DNA from: Elsinoe ampelina
Taxonomy: Eukaryota
Length of the DNA: 33,433 nt
NCBI GenBank assembly: GCA_010093995.1
Contig: ML992506.1
Span: 754,551 to 787,983, forward strand
Reading direction: 5' to 3'
Part shown: positions 11,453-22,331 of the stretch, one piece after another
Numbering within the stretch: position 1 is the first letter of the stretch
How the letters are laid out: every line of letters begins with the position of its first letter
Notes under the pieces: generated by a model
The model's input: the letters and a program-made list of their open reading frames with translations, nothing else
Database searches by the model: none
What the model was told of the DNA's origin: nothing
Program-made: the position numbers and the translations under genes

Positions 11453-13439
11453 GTCTACAAACAAGCCAATGTGCTTGAAAATTCAAAATATTGATCTGCA
11501 TCGTCGAGATCTGCGGAAGAATAGAACAAAGCATACTCTAGTATGACAAGACGCATTTGGTTGGGCCAGATGGATCTTCCTTACCCCTGCACCACACATG
11601 ACAGACAACCAGGGCAAAGCCGTTGGTCGACTATGCACGTCCGTTGTCGATCTCGACTTGCGGGCTCAATATCATGCTACTTTGCGGCGCCGATACGTAA
11701 CAGACGGAAATTTATTGCCCACCTTGGAAGCTTGGTACATGTAACTCCACCCAGGGAGAATGAGATTGTGAGATGAGACGCTTACGGTCAGCCTGTCGCT
11801 GGGACAAGCTGAGACCATGCACAGAATGGTAGTGGTCTAGATGACGAGAGACATGCAAGTGTTGGAGCAATATCAACCGAAAAAAATAGATATTGTCTCA
11901 GATAGTATAGCTTTCACAACTGAAACAAACACATATTACAAACCACAATCTTCACCTGTTGGTTCTAGTACTGCTCGGCGCACGGGAACTTTGCGATCGT
12001 GTCACCTTCCATGGCGCCACTGTCACGTTCCACGCCGTCCCTGCTGACCGTGACCTGATTTTGACACACGATCACCATGGACAACAAATCGATCCAATTG
12101 CCACCAAGGATGTCAAGTCAGGCAACAGCTGGATCTTCCCACTTAGGAGAGTCATCCTGAATGCGGTTTCTTACAGCATCGCATAGTCTTCCGTTTGACA
12201 GTATGGGTCGACACGCTTTCCAAGCCATGGTCATAAACGATGAAGGCCGCATGAGCCGTCAAGGAATCTTTCCCTCTTGGGGGCAAGCGTCACATTGGCC
12301 ACGTACAACCTGCAGCGGCGTACACTCCATTGAAACGCGTCTGAGGGTTCCATGATCGACGTCTTGTTGCCCACACGGCACGGCAGGACTCCACGATCGA
12401 GTAGCCAACGCAAGACAACTGGTCTGCCAAGAATGGGTTTTGATTGCAGCATGGCTCCTTTGCAGCGCTTTTCCTCATTCGACGTTTCGGCAAGGCGACA
12501 TACTCCCACATGGTTGCCAGTTGCCCAGATCGCGGAGCTATCCCTCACCGACTCCAGCAGAGACGCGTTCAAGATCCGACTGCCGGGGCGTGGAGGCCGC
12601 CTGGTACCAACCATCGGCCAGGGCAGCCTCGTGTGACTGATTCCTTCTTGCTTTTGAATGCCTTGATGACCAGAACTCCAAGACTCGAATACTATCATCC
12701 TGAATCGCCGCGATCGTATCGAGAAGCACATACGTATGATGTAACCGACAGATCTCACGACCCATCGAGAAGCATCAGGAACATTGGTAGCCAGAGTATC
12801 TCGTTAGCGCTGACCTACCTGTCACCTCCAGCACTCGAACAGAGATGCGACATCCGCGCCGAGCGGAAAAGCACGCCATTGAGGAGTCGAGCATTGGCTG
12901 CTGCCCAAGTTTCGGGTCATCACAGGAACCGACACCACCAGCCGCCTGAGGACATATGTAGCATGAGAAGAACATATTTTGACCTTAAACTTGCCGTTGT
13001 CCAGCCGTGAATCATGGCATTTGTGAGGCGCACCGAAAGGACAACCAGCCAGACAAATTAATGCATTTCTGTGAAAGTCTAGACGACCAGACCTGTTCGC
13101 TCGCAGGGATCACATCTTCAGAGAGTCCGCGGAACGGGGCCAGACGGGCCTACTACGAGCCCGGTCGCTGATCTCAGCATGATATCATGACAGAAACGCC
13201 AGGCACATGGCCAGACCGGTCACGAAAAACCACACGCCTTGCGACAGGGAATGTTCCTACCTGAAGATTGATGCACGAACATCAAGCACTTTTCCGCGAC
13301 TGTGTAGTACCGCCTCTTATCCGTTGGTCATTGCTGACGATGCCGGTTGGCAGTCGGGAATATAAGTAACGCCGAGGAGGATGAGGTCCAAAATTGACTT
13401 TGTCGAGGGCCAAATTTGTCTTTGAACGTGTAAAGTCTA

Positions 13440-14210
13440 ATGGCCAACGGGGTGGGGAATGCCGGAAAAGGGAAAAGAGCAAGATCAGCCTATGCAGCCT
13501 TTGCAAGCCCATTCTGCAAGCCCTTGCCAGCCACTGCCTACTTCTTCTTTTGGCTCACGCCGAACAGCAAGATTTGCCTGACTCGTAACGTGCGCGACAA
13601 ATGCTGGTATCTATACATAACGGACCAGAGCCCGAAAAGCCATCCGTCTATCCCGATGCCCACAAGGGGTCTCTTGCCATGGTCGAGCTTGTTCAACGAT
13701 CGGACGAGCCCCGCTTCTCACACTTGTTCGAGCCAGTTTGTTCAAGCCACATCTGGGATGCAAAACAAAGTCTCCGAATCCCTTGGTCCAGGTACCAAGA
13801 CATCAAGTTTTTCCAGCCCGGATATCTCTTCCTTATCTCTGTATTCCCGCCAACACAAATCTTTTTCGGCCTTGCCGAAGGTCAGATGCCCACAGTACCT
13901 CGCAACAGTTCGCAACTCTACCCATGGTCACGCTCCGTACCAAGATCCACCGCCGACGACCGGCAATCCCCCAATATCCGCCGTCTTGATGGGACCTCCC
14001 AACGTGGCATCCCAAGTGACTCCAGTCTCGGTCTTCGGCAGTGTAGCCTCATTTCCCATGTGGCTCAAGCTGCCTTCCCGCTTCCTCCAGCCGCCATCCT
14101 GCACAAGAGAAGCTGACGCGTCTCGACCTTGGCAAGCAATGCAGGAAAAACGACCAGACACGCTAACGGAAACCAAGCCCGCCGCTGCGAGCCCGTTGAC
14201 GAAACGATGA
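13440..14210 (+). CDS. Orphan ORF, 256 aa, S/P-rich, no recognisable domain (may be non-coding)
   Basis: Longest ORF in the 3.8-kb gap between the second TF and Wbp11. A TATA-like TATAAG lies near 13341. No homology recognised. Confidence 0.2.
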   Translation: MANGVGNAGKGKRARSAYAAFASPFCKPLPATAYFFFWLTPNSKICLTRNVRDKCWYLYITDQSPKSHPSIPMPTRGLLPWSSLFNDRTSPASHTCSSQFVQATSGMQNKVSESLGPGTKTSSFSSPDISSLSLYSRQHKSFSALPKVRCPQYLATVRNSTHGHAPYQDPPPTTGNPPISAVLMGPPNVASQVTPVSVFGSVASFPMWLKLPSRFLQPPSCTREADASRPWQAMQEKRPDTLTETKPAAASPLTKR

Positions 14211-15325
14211 CCCCCGCCTGAGTGCACAAGGTCACGACGACATGCCCGGTTGCGATCGCCGGGCGGCGGATGCTCGACAAGCGAGTAAAGGAGAAAAAGC
14301 ACGGTCACAGGCGGTGAAGCTCTGACACTTGCTGGTTGGGCTCGGTTGCATGGGTCAGGCTGCTGATGGCGTGCCCGGTTTTTTTGTGTTGGATACAATA
14401 ATCGGCAGTGTAACCGATAAGGCATATGCAGGTAGGTGTGCAGCCAAGGACAAACCCAGGGCGGCGGGTGCACACTGCACAGCGACTCCCCGGCATCACC
14501 TCCGTGGAAGTGTGTCCGTACTCACGTGTGAGGCAAATCCAGGGAGCTGGGCATCATGACGCTGGCGGTGTATGCCAGTGACACACATTGGGCAGGCTGA
14601 GATCTTGCATGAGTGAGCGAGCTCTAGCTGATATGTGCGACTTGGGTATGTCGCCGCCATGTCGTTCATCTCGAAATGCTTCAATCACCAATACCACAAC
14701 ACAACACAACCACACGACGTTGATCGCCAAGGCAGAAAATCTCCTACTGTCCCTGGCGATCTGGTAGAGCTATTCATATCATCCCCTGCACTGCCATGTG
14801 CCATGGAAACCAACCACGAACGACAGGCACGACATGACATTACAAGCTTAATTTCAAGCTTCCCCACCGGGTGTGGACTATATCAGCAATTCCTGCCCTA
14901 TAGAACCATGATCTGCCGTGCGTCAGGACTCCATAGACCCTTCCGGCCCCGTTACCCGAGGTCGAGTGAGGCATTTGAAGGTCGTCGTTGTGGCTGTGTC
15001 GGATATCGAGAAATTTCTTCAGGACAAGGCCAGCGTGGGTGAACGGGAAGCGTGGAGGAGCTTTTGAGGGCAAGAATGTGGGGAAAGACTGCGGCGATGT
15101 CGGTCCGGCGACGGCATCAAAGAGGTAGCTTGGCGGGCAGAATTTCTGACCGTGAGAAGAACTGTCAGTGACGATTAAGCTTGACATTTTACGGATATAG
15201 CTCTCAACCTACATTTAGGCTCAACAACCCTCACCCATAGACATCCCATTCACAACCCACACATCGGTCTTCACCTGAAGGCACCCTGACCCTCACCTCC
15301 CCGACCTAACCCCCCTCCCACCAAA

Positions 15326-16114
15326 ATGGCCAAAGACATCAACCCCGTCACCGCCCACGCCAAAGCCCAAAAACGCGCCACGCAAAAGAAAACCAAACTC
15401 GCCGTCCTCAAAGCCCGCACCGAGCGCCTCGCCAAACGCAACCCCTCCCGCCTAGAAAAACAAATCGCCGACCTCAAATCCCAAGAAAACAACGGCTCAC
15501 TACGGCCGAAAGACGCCGAGCTGCTCAAGACGCTCGAGAAAGAGCTCGGGCAAGTGAAGAAAGCAAGGGAGAGGACGGGGCAAGGGGAGCAGCAGGGCGC
15601 GAGGCGGGGCGGACTCGCGGACGGACGAGAAGGGGAGGGAGACGGGGAGAGGCGGGACAGAGGGGTAAAGAGGGTGAGGGAAGACAGGGATCAAAGCGAG
15701 GAGGAGGAGACGGATGAGGATGTCCGCGGTATCCCCATGCCGAGGGATACCCCGCCCCCGATACCACGAAGGGATAGGCGGGCGGATAACGGGATGGACG
15801 GGCGGGCGGAGAAGAGGGACGCTGCGCCAGCCCAGATATCGTATAGTTCTGCGCCTGTCATGCGGGATTTGAGGAAGGAGGCGACGGGGGCCAAGTTTGC
15901 GCCGGCGCAGGTGAGGAGGAATTTGGAGAGGGTGAAGGGGAAGGGGGGGTTGGTGGAGGAGGAGGAGTGGGAGAGGTTGGAGAAGGGAGGGTATGTGGGG
16001 AGGCAGGGAGGGGGGGAGGGAGAGGGTGGTGCTGAGGGCGGAAGAGAGGTGGAAGGGGATGGAGGGGGGAGGAAGGGTGTGACGATGGAGGAGGTGGAGG
16101 ATGAGGATCTCTAG
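15326..16114 (+). CDS. wbp11: WW domain-binding protein 11 (Wbp11) family splicing-associated protein, 262 aa, intronless
   Basis: The N-terminus MAKDINPVTAHAKAQKRATQKKTK...RTERLAKRNPSRLEKQIADLK fits the Wbp11 domain. DEDVRGIPMPRDTPPPIP, YSSAPVMRDLRKEA and the acidic end VTMEEVEDEDL are typical of fungal members. Start context is good (CAAAATGG). Confidence 0.88.
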   Translation: MAKDINPVTAHAKAQKRATQKKTKLAVLKARTERLAKRNPSRLEKQIADLKSQENNGSLRPKDAELLKTLEKELGQVKKARERTGQGEQQGARRGGLADGREGEGDGERRDRGVKRVREDRDQSEEEETDEDVRGIPMPRDTPPPIPRRDRRADNGMDGRAEKRDAAPAQISYSSAPVMRDLRKEATGAKFAPAQVRRNLERVKGKGGLVEEEEWERLEKGGYVGRQGGGEGEGGAEGGREVEGDGGGRKGVTMEEVEDEDL

Positions 16115-16336
16115 GCTGAGATCAGCTTACGAGGCATGGTTAGCGGAAGAGATGTGATGGCCGGCAGAAGCGAAACAAGCATAAAGCACATTAGATATCG
16201 CATTGCATAGCGTTTGATACCCATTCATGATACACAACATTCATCCATCCGGGCCAGCCGGTGACCACAAAACCAATCTCTCATGCCCAGCTCCCATCTC
16301 TTCTTCCGTGACTTTACCCACCGCTCCAACAAACCA

Positions 16337-19300
16337 TCACCTCCTCCTCCCCTTCCACCACCCAACCCCAACAACAACCACCCAATTCACCCCCACCGCC
16401 CCCAACACCACTCCAACACCCCACCACCCCCTCCCCTCCCCCAACCCAAACCCCCTCAACACCTCCCCTCCCGTCCCGACCTGACAAAACCCACACTCCC
16501 CCTCCCCACCCACAGCCCCAAGACCATCAACGACATACCCACCCCACTCCCCCACCCACCTCTGCATATAACCCGCACAACCCCCCGCCCCCACCCCAAA
16601 GCCGCCGGGCAGCGAAAACCGCACCACCTCTCCCTCCGCACACCTCACTTGCCTCCCTGCCAGCACACCCTCCAAGACCCCCTCTACCACCCCTCGCAAA
16701 GGGTTGATGGACCTCACCAACCCCCATACTCCTGGCATGGCTTCCGTGCTGGCAGGGACGCCGCTGGAGACTAGCAGTGCTGTCCAGACTGCTGTGTGTA
16801 TGAGGCGGCGGACGGAAGGGCGAGGGATGAGGGAGAAGAGGAGGGAGAGGGAGGAGAGGTAGAGTAGTGCTAGAGAGAGGAGGAGGGCGGGGAGGAGGAG
16901 GGAGGAGGAGGAGAGGGGAGAAGGGGCAGAGGAGGGGGAGGAAGTAAAGGGCCAGGGAAGGGAGAGAGGGAGGAGGAAAGTGAGTGGGAGAAAGAGGGAG
17001 AGGGGGAGGGAGGAGAGGAGGTCTGCGCTGATGAGGGCCAGGGGGGCGAGGGAGGGGTGGATGGCGGAGGCGGACGAGGTGGTGGGTGGGAGGGGAGGGA
17101 GCTGGGAGGTGTTAGGATGGATGTATAGGAATGGAGGGGAGTTGGGAGGGAAGTGGGAGAGGCGATCGGAAGAAATGGTAGGGGTATTAAAGCAAGGGGA
17201 GAAGGGCGGAGAGGGGTCTGGACGATGAAGACGTACCTGCAGAAGAGGCAGTGAAGCTGCTAGGAGGACGAAGACGGAGAAGATCTGATTCTCTGTGCCC
17301 CGCTGAGTATTTGGCATACGATGGAAAGAGAAGCCGACGAAGAGGCCGATCATCGCTCCAAGAACAAGCTTAGTGTAGATGTACTTCGGACTCCGCCAGT
17401 AATGCCGCAGGACCCGCTTGGTGACTTGCACAAATTGGGTGCCCATAGATGCGGCGTACCTGTCATGCTTGTCGGGCTTCGGCATGCCACAACGTGACAG
17501 CGTATGGTCTGCAGCGCTGGACGTTCTTCGGGCAGCTTTGAGACGCTCGAGTTCCTCTTGGACCCAGTAATACTCTGGACTTCGCTTCCAGGTGCTGTGC
17601 CAGTCAATCTTGCCGTGTTTACTCTTGGGGCTGGCTTCGTCGTTGATGACTCGCATGACCCACTCGGCCGGATTCTCTGAGTTACGACATCGTACAGCGC
17701 AGTGGCGCTCGAAGTAGGACTTGAGGCGGGAGGCGTCGTCTCCGACCTCGCCGAAGTAGACGGTCTTGCCGCCATCTTGCAGGAGAAGGAGGCGGTCGAA
17801 GTTGCGGAATCGCGTGGTTGACGGCTCTTGGATGGAGCACAGGATTGCTTGTCCGGCGTTTGCAAGCTTTCGTAACAGGTTGCAAATACTCCAGGCTGTT
17901 TGGCTATCCAGCCCGGTGGTCGGCTCGTCGAGAAAGAGCAGCAAGTCTGGTTTGGCAGCTAGCTCAATGCCGACAGTGACTCGCTTCTTTTGCTCGACGT
18001 TGAGTCCTTCCCCGGATGCACCGATTGTGGCGTCTGCCAGATCTTCCATGTCGAGCATGGCTAGGACTTGCTCCACGTAGGCAAGCTTTTCCTGCTTTGG
18101 TACGCTTCGGGGCATTCGTAATAGTGCCGAGAACCTCAATGCTTCCCGAACAGTCGACGTTTCCAGATGAATGTCTTGCTGCTGAGCGTATCCAATGCTC
18201 CTCTGGAAAGCAGCATTCCGCCGACTGCCGTCCACAAGTATACCCCCCGAGACCAGACCGGTCTTTGTTCTCGAAGCCAAAACCTCCAGCAGTGTAGTCT
18301 TGCCGCTTCCAGGTACTCCCATCAGAGCCGTCAGTGTGCCAGGCTTGACCCAACCATCAATGTTATCGAGCAGTCGTTTTGTCTCCATGCCGTCCTTGAC
18401 ATCATAACAGAGATTCTGCCAGTGCAGGATACTGCCGTTGTGCTTGACCATCTCAGTGGACACGGCGGAAGCTCCACTCATTCCACGAGGGCGACCGGTA
18501 CTGATAGTCGACGTATCCTTGACGCTTTCCTCGTCGTTCGTGCTTGCGAAGCGCACCACTTGCTTCCACTTCCTGGGAAAGACTATGATCTCATTCTTCG
18601 CTTTCGTCGGCGACACGAGCTCCGCGGCGAGCAGGTATGAGATCAAGAAGCCAACCATGAAGACCAAAACGATGCCAACGCTCATCCATTTATTGTTCCT
18701 GCGAAAGCCGTAGACAGCTTCGAGGTAAGAATCGCCACTCACGATCGAAGCGCCGACCACACTGCCCGGAACATTGCAGACCTGCTGACCGAGAGCGAGA
18801 TTGCCATAATCTGGAACGTCTTGAGAGCAAGGAAACTCCCTGCCGGCAAATTCGTTGACCATGAGAGATTCAAAGGCGTAGGAGACCGGGTTCGCATACT
18901 TCAACCAGCTATGAGAGATCAGTCCCGATCCATCGACGTGTAGAGGGGAGACATACCTTGACCAAACCGGCATGTAGCTTGTCGGGATTGGCAAACCAGA
19001 ATATGCCACCATGACAAGTATGCATAACGTGCTCGGTATCGATGCCCATGTCGTACTTCGCACAATGCTGCCGACAGTGCGGAACATGCTAGAAAGGGTG
19101 ATGGACATTATGAAGGAGACCAGAAAGAAGAAGAAGAAAGCTGCAGACTCTCGGCGAAGATTGGCCAAGAAGTACAGAGGTATACTAAAGCATGTAGCGT
19201 TGAGCACTTTCAGAGGAATGCTGCCGAGTACAGAAGCTAGCGCCTCTGCGGATGGGTGGTAGAGAGCGTGCTGGCGGTGCTTGTTGATGACATTTCGCCG

Positions 19301-21543
19301 ACTGTGGAGATGGAAGATCTAGTGCCGTTAGGAACTGTACTCCTCCACTGATTGTCTACTGACCTCGTTGGAGCTGTTCAGGATGCTGATCAAAAGTGTC
19401 AAGAAAAGTAAGACACCCCGTGAGAAGAAGGTGACAGTCCCGAACGGCAAATTGTAGAATACAGAACCAATGATGAGGCCTAGGATGGTGTTTACCAGTA
19501 CTGGTAGAAGGTGCCAGAGCGGAGTTGTCTTCTGCTGTTGAACGTCCCGCCAAAGGCACATTTTGACTTGCTGGGCGAAGGACAGGATATAAGGGGAGGT
19601 CGATCTCCTATACATACATCAGCTTGTCTCATACAGGTCTGGGTCGCTCATCACTTACGCTCCCTTTGACTGCTGCGCATTCTTCGACGCAATGAACTCT
19701 CTCGACGAGTGTCCGCCAACGGGAAATTTCTCTTCCCACCGGTAGATGTCTCGAAGCAAATTCTGACGCTCCAAGCTGTCTTGCCATAAAGTCGCAAAGT
19801 CGTCTGCCGATCGAGGCACCAGACCATGGAAGCTCCGACGCACTTTCCGCTCGGCTTCCGAGGTCACAGAGGTAAGGAAGTCCGCAGTCGAGACTCCAGG
19901 CGCACACTCGAATCCCATCTGCTCAAAGTACCTGCGGGCATCCTTTGTCTTGCCAAAGTATAGTTGCCTTCCTTCGTGGACGAGGAGGACTTTGTCGAAC
20001 ATCTTTGGATGTCAGAATTTTACTTCATAGATTTAAATTGTACACGCACCTGATACACATCCTCAGATGCCTGATAGAGTGAAATGATGTTGCAGTGTTG
20101 CAAGAGGTCTGAGCCCAGTCGTAAATCCTTGCAGAATTCAAGCACTGAATCGCTGTCAAGTCCCCTGGTCGTATTGTCCCAGGCCTGGATTGCTGATCCA
20201 CTGAGAGCTATCTCGGCGATACTGACAACTCGCCGCTCATCAGATGATAATCGGCTGCTGGACTTATCACCCATGCGGACATCTGCTAGATCGGTAAGTC
20301 CGTAAATGGCCATGATGACCTCGCTCAGACGCACTGCCCAAAAGTTCGGGCTGACTCCTCCAGGTATGCATCTCGGAGCACGCATGCGTGCAGCAAAGTA
20401 CAGAGTATCAGCGACGGTGAGGTCTGGTAAGTGATCATCATTCTCAGCAACGTAGATGACCTCGCCACGACAGCTTCCTTGTACGTCGGACAAAGATAAG
20501 CCTAGATAGAGTGTCAGTCCATTCCGGCGCTATTGCCAGCTGTGTATTGACTTACCTTGGAAGTTGAGGCTGCTGCCTTCCTTCATACTCAGACCCTGAG
20601 TCTGCCCTGTGATAGTCTTCATGAATGTCGAGCATCCAGAACTCGGTGCACTGAGGACGAGAAGCATCTCTCCGGGCTTTACCATACCCTCAAAATCCTT
20701 CAAAATCTGGACGGGCCACCCTCCGCGCAAATTCAGTGTTCTCTTGATCGCCTGCCCAAGTTGCAGTATGGCATTGCCTACGGTCCCCTGGTAGTTGCTG
20801 CCGGCTTGGTGTGCGTTGACAGTCAGGTTGCGGAAAACGACCCCAGCAGTGCGTCTCGGATTCTTGGTGGGATCCCGAAGCTGCAAGATAGACCAGATCC
20901 AGTGCTTCGCAGAGAAAGTGTCATTGCTCGGGTCGAGCTGAGCACCCGGGCTTGCGCTGAATGGATTCCACATGGTCTTATCACCAAGAGACAGAGGCAG
21001 GTCGGCGACCAGTTTGTCGGCGCGGCGGTCATCGCGGAAAAAGTTGAGCGTCTGGAGAGACTTGACCGCATTCCAGGAAGAAGCCTGACGTTTGTGGCCT
21101 TTGCTCTTTGATCGAGCGGAGCAGGGTCGAGAGTGGTGCTTCGAGCGATGCCTCGAATGGCGGAGCTGGCCGAATGCCAAGGGTGTGATCTCCTCTGGGA
21201 CAGGACTTACAGTGACCGTCCGCGACTTGTTTTGGGTCTCAATATGGCTAAGCTCGTAGCTGTTGTCCTCGGGCTTAGTGAGGGTTGCGGCTGGACGTTC
21301 CAATGGCAGGTCTTTCTCATACAACAGGTGACTCGAGCTCCGGCGAGGCGATTTGTCAAGCACTGCGGGTGGGCCATCTTTCCTGGGTTGCGAAGTACTA
21401 TAGGGTTGCGAAGTACTATAGGGTTGCGAAGTACTATGGGGTTGTGAAGTACTATGCGTCTTGGTCGATCTCATGCTGGGTGTCTGCTGGGAAGGTAACG
21501 AACGTCGGTCTTTGGCGGGTTCTTTCTGCTCTGTAGGTGGCAT
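16337..21543 (-). CDS. Full-size PDR/ABCG ABC transporter (NBD1-TMD1-NBD2-TMD2); exons 21543-20556, 20501-20050, 20002-19659, 19607-19364, 19318-18957, 18908-17237, 17101-16337 (~1608 aa)
   Basis: Six GT-AG introns (54, 47, 51, 45, 48 and 135 nt) join ORF-track fragments into one frame. PDR hallmarks include KPGEMLLVL..SGCST, WDNTTRGLDS, SLYQAS, FDKVLLVHEGRQLYFG, GWVKPGTLTALMG..GKTTLL, LNVEQKKR, LFLDEPTTGLDS, NPAEW and Cys-containing extracellular loops. Confidence 0.92.
21385..21456. repeat. Tandem repeat, 4 x 18 nt (GGGTTGCGAAGTACTATA), encoding (H/Y)STSQP x4 in the transporter N-terminal extension
   Basis: Units start at 21385, 21403, 21421 and 21439, with 0-2 substitutions per unit. Confidence 0.95.
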
Positions 21544-22331
21544 CGTGCCGGCTCACTGTGTAACACAATAGATTAAGGCATTGAATATATGTCAAGGAGA
21601 GACGAGAATGTACGAAAAGAGTGGATGGCAAACCGCAAAGGCGAAGTGAGGACGATGGCCGCGGGCAATATGGCAAATGAGCTCAGCATACCATCAAAGG
21701 CCCCGAAGTCGCGATGGAGACTGAGCTTTCGCGATGTGAAGCAGATGATGCGACATGTCAGAGTCGAGACAGGCCTGTCTACGCACCTGATACATGGTAA
21801 TGAAAGCTCGTATCCGGTCGGGCCAGGCAATGGTGATCATCACGGTCTGCAAAGCAGCACACGACCGTGAGCATCATCAGCGCGTAGTCAATGATACGTC
21901 CTGGCGGCCTCATTGAGCACTACGCGTTATCCTTGTCACCTCGCGCATCTTCAGTCGTCGTGGTAGATGCTCTGGGGGTGAGTATATACGAAGACCATGC
22001 GAACAGCGGGAGAACGGCACACGGTCCATCAACGCGCCATCCTGCCGGCATTGTCCATCCAAGATCTATTGTCAACCAGAACAAATGAGAGTCCAATGGG
22101 AAGATTGCGGACCAGAAAGACGTGTCGGGCGAAGCTGTTGGATGGTTGGAGGTACTAGGTAGCGTCTCAAGATGGCGCCAAGGAAAAGTCCCGGACGTCC
22201 TGCAATGCAACATCAAACAGGCGAAACACGGAAACCCCAGGGGAAACACCAAGTCGAAATCTTAGGTGTCATTCACGATATCTAAGCCACACTCGCTTGT
22301 TGCCCGTCCATGCTATGCCATATCTGCAGCC

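Noticed and set aside
11540..13300. Cluster of overlapping short ORFs (up to 188 aa) on both strands
   Set aside because: No recognisable domains. The R/S/P-rich translations are typical of non-coding frames.
16227..16774. Pro/His-rich + strand ORFs resembling extensins
   Set aside because: Antisense shadow of the G-rich last exon of the ABC transporter.
21385..21456. CRISPR-like array
   Set aside because: Head-to-tail coding tandem repeat without spacers in a eukaryotic gene.
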